From contig CAZUDI010000003.1 of the NCBI GenBank assembly GCA_964618975.1, positions 61,962 through 125,961 on the forward strand: 64,000 nucleotides of DNA. Direction: 5' to 3'. Below are positions 20,634 through 28,062 of this stretch, piece after piece (the stretch's first letter is position 1; every line of letters begins with the position of its first letter). The position numbers were made by a program, and so were the translations under genes. Source of the stretch: an uncultured Bacteriovoracaceae bacterium (GTDB taxonomy: Bacteria > Desulfobacterota > Desulfomonilia > UBA1062). The notes beneath the pieces are model-generated. The model saw nothing but the letters and a program-made list of their open reading frames with translations, was not told where the DNA came from and searched no databases.

Positions 20634-21452
20634 TCAGAAAACGGCGTCGGAGCGGGCCGGTGCAGGGCCGGGGAGCTCGAGGACACAGTCGTCATAGGCC
20701 GTGAGGTCGTTGTACCGGATGATACGCCGGAGCCTCTCCACATAGGCCGGGCCCGATTCGGAATAGGAGCTCAACGCCTGGGCCAGGACCAGGGCATCGG
20801 TTGGCTGGCCGGTTGACCCTCTGAGCTCCCGCAAGGCCGCATACGCCGGGTGTGTGTTGATGGTCCAGAGGTAGTAGTCGATGTTGGACTGCAGGTCCTT
20901 GAAGACCGAGACGCGAAAGACCCTCCCGGGGGCCTGGGCCTGCGGTACCATCCCCTCGCCCTCCGGGGTACGCAGGCCGAAGAGATTGTTGCCGTACCGC
21001 GCAAAGCGCGAACTCCCCCAGCCCGATTCGATGGCGGCCTGGGCGATGACCAGCGACACCGGCAGGGTGTCCACGCGCAAGAGCAACTCCGCCAGCATAC
21101 CTCGATATCCCTCTTCTTCCACACGATAGGTGCGGGCGAGGGCCATCAGCGTCTGCTTTTCCTTCTTTGTCAGCCACCAGGCACGGGCATCGATACGCTC
21201 CAGCATTTCGCGCTGGAAACGGACCTCGGCGTTCGACTTCAGTACCAGCGGCAGCAACACCTTAATGAACCGCTCCTTCCTGCGGCTTACGACCTGCATG
21301 GTCTCCAGATCCTCCGGCAGGCACTCGGAATACACGTAGGCCACCCGCACCGGCGCGTTAACGCGCTCCGAATCGGGAAGGAATCCCGGGAGTAGCACCC
21401 CCACGACACTCGCCAGCAGGACTCCCAGAACAATATATTCGCTCTTCTTCAA
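20634..21452 (-). CDS. glucosaminidase-domain protein (Bax / FlgJ C-terminal-type peptidoglycan hydrolase)
   Basis: N-terminal TM/signal segment and 'AQAAIESGWGSSRFARYGNNLFGL', the hallmark of PF01832 mannosyl-glycoprotein endo-beta-N-acetylglucosaminidase. Confidence 0.75.
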   Translation of the reverse strand: MKKSEYIVLGVLLASVVGVLLPGFLPDSERVNAPVRVAYVYSECLPEDLETMQVVSRRKERFIKVLLPLVLKSNAEVRFQREMLERIDARAWWLTKKEKQTLMALARTYRVEEEGYRGMLAELLLRVDTLPVSLVIAQAAIESGWGSSRFARYGNNLFGLRTPEGEGMVPQAQAPGRVFRVSVFKDLQSNIDYYLWTINTHPAYAALRELRGSTGQPTDALVLAQALSSYSESGPAYVERLRRIIRYNDLTAYDDCVLELPGPAPARSDAVF

Positions 21453-21568
21453 AACTCCCCTTTCTTATCACACATGTCTCCCTATACCATTCGGAAATTT
21501 TCCCCATGACATGAGTCTGACGGGCGGGGGTCCACATTCATGACCGCCTAGGACCGGACGCTTGAGGC

Positions 21569-21601
21569 TTGACATGCGACAGAAGCAGCATATTGTATAA
21601 T
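21569..21601 (+). promoter_or_regulatory. candidate sigma70 promoter with extended -10 (TTGACA ... TGTATAAT) upstream of pfk
   Basis: TTGACA at 21569-21574; TGTATAAT at 21594-21601. The spacer is long (21 nt), so this is tentative. Confidence 0.3.
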
Positions 21602-21631
21602 TGTTTCTTGCAATAAGGGGGTATATCAGGA

Positions 21632-22789
21632 ATGAGGATCGGCATACTCACGGGCGGGGGTGATGTTCCCGGATTGAATCCCTGTATCAAGGCATTGGTC
21701 TGGCGGGCCGTGGAAGAGGGGCACGCGGTTATCGGCATCCGCCGGGGCTGGGCCGGGCTCCTCAACTACAACCTGGACCTCGGACTTCAGGAAAACGCCC
21801 GCAACGTAATCCCGCTCGACAAGGGTGCGGTGCGTACGGTAGACCGGACCGGGGGGACCTTTCTGCACACCTCGCGCACCAACCCCTCGAGCGTGAAGGC
21901 CGGGGAGGTGCCCGGCTTCCTCTCTACGCGCCGCGCGCAAGACGCCACACAGAAGGTCGACCTCACCGATCATGTACTCAAGGTGGTCGAGGCCCTGGGA
22001 ATCGATGTCCTGGTTCCCATCGGGGGGGACGACACCCAGAGCTTCGGGGAACGGCTGCACCGCGAGGGCGTGCATACAATCGCGATTCCCAAGACCATGG
22101 ACAACGACGTCTTCGGCACGGACTACTGTATTGGCTTCTCCACGGCGGTCTCGCTCAGTACGCACTACATCCAGACCCTGCGGACCACAGCGGGCTCCCA
22201 CGAACGCATCGCCGTGATCGAGCTCTTCGGCCGCAACTCGGGGGAGACCTCCCTCATGGTCGCCTACCTGGCGGCGGTGGACCGCGCCATCATCTCGGAG
22301 GTTCCCTTCGAACCCACGAAGCTCTCCGAGCTCATCATGCAGGACAAACGCTCCAATCCCAGCAACTATGCCATGCTCACCATCTCGGAGGGTGCCCGGA
22401 TCATCGGGGGCGAGTGCATCGAGACCGGCGAGCAGGATGCCTACGGCCACCGCAAGCTCGGTGGAATCGGGCAGATCACCCGTGAGCGCCTCAAAGAGAT
22501 CACCGGCCAGGAGATCCTCTACCAGCAGATAGGATACCTCATGCGCAGCGGCGCCCCGGACTCGGTGGACCTCATGGTAGGTTTCAATTTCGCCCACCTG
22601 GCGGTCGAGCTCATCAACAAGGCGGTCTTCGGGCGGATGCTCGCCATCCAGAAAGGTGTGTACACCCACATCCCCTACAGCATGATCACCGGGGGGGTGA
22701 AACGGGTGAATGTGGATGAATTCTACGATATGGACCAGTACCGCCCCAATATCCGCAGCCTCGAAGGCAAGCCTCTCTTTCTCTACTAG
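21632..22789 (+). CDS. pfk: 6-phosphofructokinase, probable pyrophosphate-dependent type
   Basis: '[16 protein letters not shown]', and 'PIGGDDTQ' plus 'PKTMDNDV' instead of GGDGS/PGTIDND. These Asp/Lys substitutions are the established PPi-PFK signature. Confidence 0.85.
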   Translation: MRIGILTGGGDVPGLNPCIKALVWRAVEEGHAVIGIRRGWAGLLNYNLDLGLQENARNVIPLDKGAVRTVDRTGGTFLHTSRTNPSSVKAGEVPGFLSTRRAQDATQKVDLTDHVLKVVEALGIDVLVPIGGDDTQSFGERLHREGVHTIAIPKTMDNDVFGTDYCIGFSTAVSLSTHYIQTLRTTAGSHERIAVIELFGRNSGETSLMVAYLAAVDRAIISEVPFEPTKLSELIMQDKRSNPSNYAMLTISEGARIIGGECIETGEQDAYGHRKLGGIGQITRERLKEITGQEILYQQIGYLMRSGAPDSVDLMVGFNFAHLAVELINKAVFGRMLAIQKGVYTHIPYSMITGGVKRVNVDEFYDMDQYRPNIRSLEGKPLFLY

Positions 22790-22883
22790 ACCCGTGAAAG
22801 GGGGCCTCCGCCCTCCCCCAACCCCGGGTTGTTCCCGCAATATCATAAAATATCTGAGAGATCTTGTCGCGGTGAAATCGCAC

Positions 22884-22912
22884 TTGCAATATGAATGACT
22901 ATTCAGTAAGAT
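22884..22912 (+). promoter_or_regulatory. sigma70-like promoter TTGCAA-N17-TAAGAT upstream of atpZ
   Basis: TTGCAA at 22884-22889, exact 17-nt spacer, TAAGAT at 22907-22912. About 38 nt upstream of the atpZ start. Confidence 0.4.
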
Positions 22913-22949
22913 ACCACGATACAATTCGTGTTGTTTTACAGGATATCTT

Positions 22950-23198
22950 ATGCAGGATGATAGAGGGAACAGGAAGCAGTACCTCATGATAGCGGATCTC
23001 ACCACCATGGGGATAGCCATGGTGGTGTGTATCGTGCTGGGACTTGCGGCAGGCGTCTACCTGGACAGCCGCTTCGACACCGCGCCCATCTTTACGCTCC
23101 TGCTCATATTCGGCGGCATACTCGCAGGGTTCAGGATTATGTACAAGGTATACATGCGCTTCTTCAACGAGGACAAATCCGATGAGTCCAAGGGTTAA
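22950..23198 (+). CDS. atpZ: AtpZ/AtpR-type small F0F1 ATP synthase-associated membrane protein
   Basis: 82 aa with two TM helices and a basic C-terminal tail, directly upstream of atpI-atpB-atpE as in many anaerobes. Confidence 0.6.
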   Translation: MQDDRGNRKQYLMIADLTTMGIAMVVCIVLGLAAGVYLDSRFDTAPIFTLLLIFGGILAGFRIMYKVYMRFFNEDKSDESKG

Positions 23199-23565
23199 GG
23201 ACCGCGTTCAGAGGCAGATCGAATACATGTCTCTGGCGATCTGGGTCCTCCTGTGCGGTATGAGCCTGGTCACACTGGGCACGCACTTCGCCCTGGGGGT
23301 CTTTCTCGGAGGCGCCTTGTGCCTCATCAATCATCAATGGCTCTACCGTCATGCCCGCCTGGCCGTCACCATGCCGCCCAAGATGAGCTCCGGCTATATG
23401 GTCAGACGCTACCTCGTCCGGCTGACCACGCTCGGATTCATCATCTTCGCCCTCATCGCCTGGGCGCACGTGAATGTCATCGCCCTGCTCGTGGGGCTCT
23501 CGGTGGTCGTGCTCAGCATAGTGAGCTATGCTTGCTTTACCTACATATCTGCAGAAGGAGATTGA
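23182..23565 (+). CDS. atpI: ATP synthase protein I
   Basis: Start at [10 protein letters not shown] (ATG 23182), overlapping the atpZ end. About 127 aa with 4 TM helices, in the atpI position before atpB. Confidence 0.65.
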   Translation: MSPRVKDRVQRQIEYMSLAIWVLLCGMSLVTLGTHFALGVFLGGALCLINHQWLYRHARLAVTMPPKMSSGYMVRRYLVRLTTLGFIIFALIAWAHVNVIALLVGLSVVVLSIVSYACFTYISAEGD

Positions 23566-23566
23566 T

Positions 23567-24274
23567 ATGGATCACGGCATACTGTTTCTGGATTTTATCA
23601 CCAAACCCTTATATCATTTCCTGCAGCACCATTTTCACCTGATCGATGGTAATCATCTCTACCAGGTCACCTACATGTGGTTCTATATGCTCGTGCTCAT
23701 CATCGTCGGCTTCCTGGCCGTGCGGGGTCTGAAGATGGTCCCGGGCCGGCTGCAAAACTTCCTGGAGGTGGTGATCGACGGCCTCAGGAATCTGCTCATC
23801 GACACGATGGGGGAGGACGGCATGCGCTTTTTCCCGCTCATGGCCACGCTGGCCATGGTCATCCTCGTGTGCAACCTCGGCGGGATCATCCCCGGCATGT
23901 ATTCACCGACGGCCAATATCAACACGAATGCCTCCATGGCGATCGTCGTCTTTCTGCTGACCCATATCGTGGGGGTCAAGATTCACGGCATCAAATATCT
24001 CAAGCAATTTATGGGGCCGGTGTGGTGGCTGGCCCCTCTCATGATCCCGGTGGAGATCATCGGCCACCTGGCCCGCCCCCTGTCCCTGACCATGCGTCTT
24101 TTCGGGAACATCTTCGGGGAGGACCTGGTGCTGATCGTGCTCCTGCTCCTGGCCCCCTTCCTCATCCCGCTGCCCATGCTGGCCCTGATGATCTTTACCT
24201 CGGTGCTGCAGGCCTTTGTGTTCATGCTGCTCGCCATGATGTACATCAGCGGGGCAATGGAGGAGGCCCATTAG
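23567..24274 (+). CDS. atpB: F0F1 ATP synthase subunit a
   Basis: Start at MDHGILF (ATG 23567) after a GAAGGAG RBS. Carries the conserved '[14 protein letters not shown]' with the essential Arg, in a 5-6 TM topology. Confidence 0.9.
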   Translation: MDHGILFLDFITKPLYHFLQHHFHLIDGNHLYQVTYMWFYMLVLIIVGFLAVRGLKMVPGRLQNFLEVVIDGLRNLLIDTMGEDGMRFFPLMATLAMVILVCNLGGIIPGMYSPTANINTNASMAIVVFLLTHIVGVKIHGIKYLKQFMGPVWWLAPLMIPVEIIGHLARPLSLTMRLFGNIFGEDLVLIVLLLLAPFLIPLPMLALMIFTSVLQAFVFMLLAMMYISGAMEEAH

Positions 24275-24408
24275 CAATATCATGATGAATCCCGGGGCAC
24301 GCCCTGAAATCCCCGTGACGCCTGCTGGCGGCAAGGGGATTCGGCCCATAGCGATCAAGGGCAATTTTATGTTATACACGCAGTATAAATATATTTTAGG
24401 AGGATTGT

Positions 24409-24765
24409 ATGATGAAGTTTCTGGCATCAATGGGGTTCTTGGCATGTTGTGTTCTGGTAGGATCGTCGGCGGTCCTGGCGGCCGAGGGAACGGTGGGACC
24501 CGAGGCCATCACCTACTTCTGCTGGATCGCCGTCGCCGCTGGCATCGGCATGGGAATTGCTGCCGTGGGGACCGGCATCGGCCAAGGACATGCAGCGCAG
24601 GGTGCCTGCGAGGGGATCGCACGCAACCCCGAGGCCTCTGGCAAGATCACGACCGCCCTCATCATCGGTCTGGCCATGATCGAATCGCTCGCCATCTATG
24701 CCCTGGTGGTCGAGCTCATCCTGCTCTATGCCAACCCGTTCCTCAAATACGTCGTCGGGGCATAG
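24409..24765 (+). CDS. atpE: F0F1 ATP synthase subunit c with a ~30-aa N-terminal signal-peptide-like extension
   Basis: Core '[28 protein letters not shown]...[17 protein letters not shown]' is a c-subunit hairpin with the conserved Glu. The N-terminal '[27 protein letters not shown]' is extra. RBS TTAGGAGG is upstream. Confidence 0.85.
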   Translation: MMKFLASMGFLACCVLVGSSAVLAAEGTVGPEAITYFCWIAVAAGIGMGIAAVGTGIGQGHAAQGACEGIARNPEASGKITTALIIGLAMIESLAIYALVVELILLYANPFLKYVVGA

Positions 24766-24841
24766 TGCTTTAAGAATAATAATCATGGTGATTCGCCCGG
24801 GCCTTCGAGTGAAGCCGCAGTCGGCGGGGGAATTCGACCCG

Positions 24842-24890
24842 GAGAAATAAGAATTTCTCATCCGGGGTGGGTCGTGAAGCCCCACCCCGG
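24842..24890 (+). terminator. two consecutive hairpins downstream of atpE (candidate terminator)
   Basis: GAGAAAT-aaga-ATTTCTC at 24842-24859 and CCGGGGTGGG-tcgtgaag-CCCACCCCGG at 24862-24890. Neither is followed by a U-tract, hence low confidence. Confidence 0.35.
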
Positions 24891-25025
24891 ATGTAACCAC
24901 TAGACTGACACCCGGGAAACACCCCCATAGAGTACGAATATGAGGCTGCGTGGCATATTCAGTTTGCCTCGCCCCAGGTAATACTCTATATATGAGGTGC
25001 AATATATCATTGTTAGGAGGTGGGC

Positions 25026-25310
25026 ATGACAAAGGCAGAGCTGGTTGAGGCAATGGCAAAACAGGCTGATCTTACAAAGGCAGATGCAGCCAAGGCACTA
25101 GACGCCTTTCTGGAGGCCGCGGCAACGGCACTGAAAAAGGATGACAAGGTAACCTTGGTCGGATTCGGCACCTTTTCCGTGAAGAAGAGAGCGGCTCGCA
25201 CCGGCGTCAATCCTAGGACCAGGGAACCCATCAAGATTCCTGCATCAAAAACGATCGGTTTCACACCGGGCAAGGCCCTGCGCGAAACCGTGAACAAGAA
25301 GAAGAAATAG
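25026..25310 (+). CDS. hup: DNA-binding protein HU
   Basis: 'MTKAELVEAMAKQADLTKADAAKALDAF...GFGTFSVKKRAARTGVNPRTREPIKIPA' is the canonical HU/IHF fold sequence. RBS TAGGAGG is upstream. Confidence 0.95.
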   Translation: MTKAELVEAMAKQADLTKADAAKALDAFLEAAATALKKDDKVTLVGFGTFSVKKRAARTGVNPRTREPIKIPASKTIGFTPGKALRETVNKKKK

Positions 25311-25900
25311 CGTTTTCAGCGCGGGTGGCGCCGGCAAGAGAGGGCTCCACCCGCAATCCCCCACCCGTGCTTTACCCACCGGCGCAAAGGCCTTCACATC
25401 GCGGCGAGTCGCTTTGAATTCAGGGGACAGCCGGAGCCCCGGGGGCAAGACCAGAACCCCAAAGCATGCCGCAAACGGGGAGGGAATGCACGCATGGGTA
25501 TGAACCCCAGGGCTAGCCCTGGCCCCTCTTTGTCGCCACAAACGGAGGGGAAATTCCCTGAAATATCGGGGGAGGCCATCCTCCGCCTGACGTCGGCCTG
25601 ACAGGCATAAGCGGCCTCACTCAGGTCCTCGCATCGCGCGAGGTCGCCTGGCAGCATGCCTGATCACGGTCACCAAAAGCAGGGAGCCTTTCTCTGAAGA
25701 GAATCTATCGTTGCATACCCGGGGCTGTGGATGCCCTAAAGCAACGCCGGGGAATGGTTCGGAGAGGCAGGGCCGCCCGACCTTGAGGTCCTCCTCCTCA
25801 GGAATGGGGGAAATTCATCAGCGCCAGATAATCATAACTTTCCCAAAACACTCTCCGCCCTTACCGCCGGATACGCCCCCCCCAAAGGCAGAGAACGGTC

Positions 25901-26578
25901 CTATTCTCCGGGATTGAGGACCTCCGGATTGCCACCCCCCGTATCCGCAAGATGGACGTGTATGGCAAAGGGCACCTGGTCCTTGCGGACCCGGATACCA
26001 TCAAAGACCATATCCACCAGGGGATCCACCAGCGCGATGAGGCTCTCCGGCTTACCGAGCAGGTGCCAGCGGATGCATTCGTGCTCGATGGTGCCCAGGA
26101 TCATGGCCCGGATCAGGTAGGGGTCCGCATCCCTGCGGAAGATACCCTCGTCGATGCCTTCCTGGATACAGGTCAGCAGAATCTGCGAGATGCGCCGGAT
26201 CTGCTGGTAGGCGCCGGTCCTGAGAAAGTTGCGGTTGCTCTTGAGCTGGAGCATAACGAGGGCGGAATAGAGGGGATTGCTCTCGTAGAGGATCATATAG
26301 CCCAGAACGATCGCCCGCACCTTGTTGTCCGCCCCCCGGAGAAAGGGGAGCATTCTCTCCATCTGCTCCAGAGGCTCTTTGGTGATATTCTCCGGAATGG
26401 CGAAGAGCAGCTCTTCCTTGCTGTTGAAATACTCGTATACGGTGGCATCCGAGACGCCGGCGGCCTTGCTGATCTCTGAGATAGTGGCTTCCTGAAACCC
26501 CTTTTCCGCAAAGGTCTTCAGGGCCGCATCGATGATCTTGTTTCTCCTGGTCAGTTTGGTGCTGGTCTTGGCCACGAT
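25901..26578 (-). CDS. TetR/AcrR family transcriptional regulator
   Basis: HTH 'IIDAALKTFAEKGFQEATISEISKAAGVSDATVYEYFNSKEEL'. Start set at GTG 26578 (IVAKTST), which has GGAGGGAGAGG immediately upstream. The annotated ORF is open to 26800. Confidence 0.75.
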   Translation of the reverse strand: MVAKTSTKLTRRNKIIDAALKTFAEKGFQEATISEISKAAGVSDATVYEYFNSKEELLFAIPENITKEPLEQMERMLPFLRGADNKVRAIVLGYMILYESNPLYSALVMLQLKSNRNFLRTGAYQQIRRISQILLTCIQEGIDEGIFRRDADPYLIRAMILGTIEHECIRWHLLGKPESLIALVDPLVDMVFDGIRVRKDQVPFAIHVHLADTGGGNPEVLNPGE

Positions 26579-26984
26579 CCTCTCCCTCCATTTTGGGATA
26601 TCAACCTTTTTCAGGGAAGATGCACCCCGGATCCCCTCAAGGCGCCCGCCTGTGCTCCTGACACCATTCTCCCGCAGTACCATGGTTGCCCAGTCCGAGG
26701 ATACTGTATGGCGCAGGCCGCGACTATGCGCCCCCACCAAAAATCCTGGATTACCGCTTACGCCTGCTAGACGATCCGGATGGGGATACCCCCGGTACAC
26801 ACCCGCCGAAAGGGATACCCATATTCTCCGGGCGGGAACACGCCCAAAGGGGCAATCTGAGTGCCGCCACGGCCCCTCTACGGGATCCTGAAATGCGAGC
26901 AGTTACCCTGACCCTTCAAATTCTCCCCGGGGCAAGCCCAGCCACCCTTCAACCTTATGCGGCGGGCAATGCGCTCCCCGACGA

Positions 26985-27134
26985 TCAGAGTCCGAGCAGC
27001 TCAAAGACCTTCTTGCGCCGCTGAGCGTCTGCGAGCACGAAGACCGCCGTGCCGCTGAGTGCCATACCGAGGAAGAAGGGCTGCCTGAGCAGTCTGAAGA
27101 ATATTCTGAACACGAACCCGATGATTCCCTGCAT
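26985..27134 (-). CDS. small hydrophobic protein, 49 aa (paralogue 1 of a 3-member family; absent from the supplied ORF track, which lists no ORF under 60 aa)
   Basis: Translated by hand: MQGIIGFVFRIFFRLLRQPFFLGMALSGTAVFVLADAQRRKKVFELLGL. RBS GAGGGGGGAATT precedes the ATG. Its C-terminus ...A(Q/E)QRRKKVFE(L/V)(L/I)GL matches the next gene's C-terminus. Confidence 0.55.
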   Translation of the reverse strand: MQGIIGFVFRIFFRLLRQPFFLGMALSGTAVFVLADAQRRKKVFELLGL

Positions 27135-27161
27135 AATTCCCCCCTCTCAGGAGAGCCTGTC

Positions 27162-27434
27162 CTAGAGGCCGATTACCTCAAAGACCTTCTTTCTGCGCTG
27201 CTCGTCCATCAGCATGAATATCATGGCGCCACCGCAGGCCATACCGAGCACCAGCGGACGGGTAAACACCTTGAAAATTGCCTTCACCGTCAGACGCAAA
27301 GCGGCAAAAAGCCCGAAGATCAAGGCATTGTTCAGCATAAACCGGAACACCTTGAATGGTGCCAGAACGAGCCTGGTGATAATCTTCACCGGCAGGACCA
27401 CCAATGTCTTGAGTGTGCCTTTCAGGAATCCCAT
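27162..27434 (-). CDS. small membrane protein, 90 aa (paralogue 2; internal two-module repeat)
   Basis: The N-terminal half (LPVKIITRLVLAPFKVFRFML) resembles paralogue 3; the C-terminal half (LVLGMACGGAMIFMLMDEQRRKKVFEVIGL) resembles paralogue 1. RBS GGGGAGG is 7 nt upstream. Confidence 0.6.
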   Translation of the reverse strand: MGFLKGTLKTLVVLPVKIITRLVLAPFKVFRFMLNNALIFGLFAALRLTVKAIFKVFTRPLVLGMACGGAMIFMLMDEQRRKKVFEVIGL

Positions 27435-27561
27435 AAAATACCTCCCCTACATGATGCTGCCTGTATACACCCTGCCAGGGCGTCCTGCAAGATCGCGGTT
27501 CAGGGTGCTGTTCTCCCCGGGTATATCCTGCCGGATGCCTCTCGCCGAACTTCTTACCACT

Positions 27562-27762
27562 TTACCACACGCCACGCAGCACGTAGAACATCGCCCTCAG
27601 CAGCAGTCCGACAGGGATGAGGGCCAGCCGGAATACGCCTACCGCGAGCCGGACCGGCAGCAGCATTACCTTGAAGGGCACCAGCAGGATCGACAGGGGG
27701 AGGAACACGATCGTCTTTATGATTGAGACTGCTGCGGATATTGTGCACCTGATCAGACCCAT
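27562..27762 (-). CDS. small membrane protein, ~66 aa (paralogue 3)
   Basis: 'IIKTIVFLPLSILLVPFKVMLLPVRLAVGVFRLALIPVGLLLRAMFYVL' repeats the LP..I..L.L.PFKV module twice. Start taken at ATG 27762 after GGGAGGAG; the TTG at 27780 is an alternative. Confidence 0.55.
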   Translation of the reverse strand: MGLIRCTISAAVSIIKTIVFLPLSILLVPFKVMLLPVRLAVGVFRLALIPVGLLLRAMFYVLRGVW

Positions 27763-27786
27763 ACCCATCTCCTCCCGCAAAGGACT

Positions 27787-28023
27787 TCAGGGCTCGCACT
27801 TGTGAATGAGCCCCTCAACCGTGGCCAGCGCATCCGTTGATACCTGGGCGGCCCTGACATTCTCCTCCTGAATCTTGAGGTACACCTCCTGGCGGTGAAC
27901 CTCGACACTCTTGGGCGCCTTTATGCCCAGTTTCACCTGAGTGCCTTTGATATCAACTACATATATCTGGATCTCGTCCCCGATAGCGACGGCTTCGCCG
28001 ACCTTGCGCGTCAAAATGAGCAA
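27787..28023 (-). CDS. csrA: carbon storage regulator CsrA (flagellar-cluster type)
   Basis: '[48 protein letters not shown]' is the canonical CsrA fold with the GxxIxV...VxxHRxE motifs. Confidence 0.9.
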   Translation of the reverse strand: MLILTRKVGEAVAIGDEIQIYVVDIKGTQVKLGIKAPKSVEVHRQEVYLKIQEENVRAAQVSTDALATVEGLIHKCEP

Positions 28024-28062
28024 TCCTGCCTCCCAGGCATGCTTTTGGGGTTTTCTACACCA

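Noticed and set aside
24826-24850. tmRNA-like 5' motif (GGGGGAATTCGACCCGG)
   Set aside because: No tag reading frame, no T-arm/ACCA 3' end, and the length context is wrong. It is a chance resemblance inside the atpE-hup intergenic hairpin region.
25394-25657. 87-aa minus-strand ORF inside the hup-tetR intergenic region
   Set aside because: No RBS, a composition atypical for proteins of this genome, and it sits in a structured GC-rich region. It is more likely non-coding.
25590-25660. SRP (4.5S) RNA-like CAGGTCC...GGTCGCCTGGCAGCA segment
   Set aside because: The conserved domain IV motif (GGUCCGGAAGGAAGCAGC) is absent. Kept only as part of the generic candidate-sRNA region finding.
26532-26891. 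119-aa plus-strand ORF upstream of, and overlapping, the tetR start
   Set aside because: It overlaps the TetR N-terminus on the opposite strand, has no RBS, and has a Pro/Arg-rich composition. The region is more likely the tetR promoter/operator.
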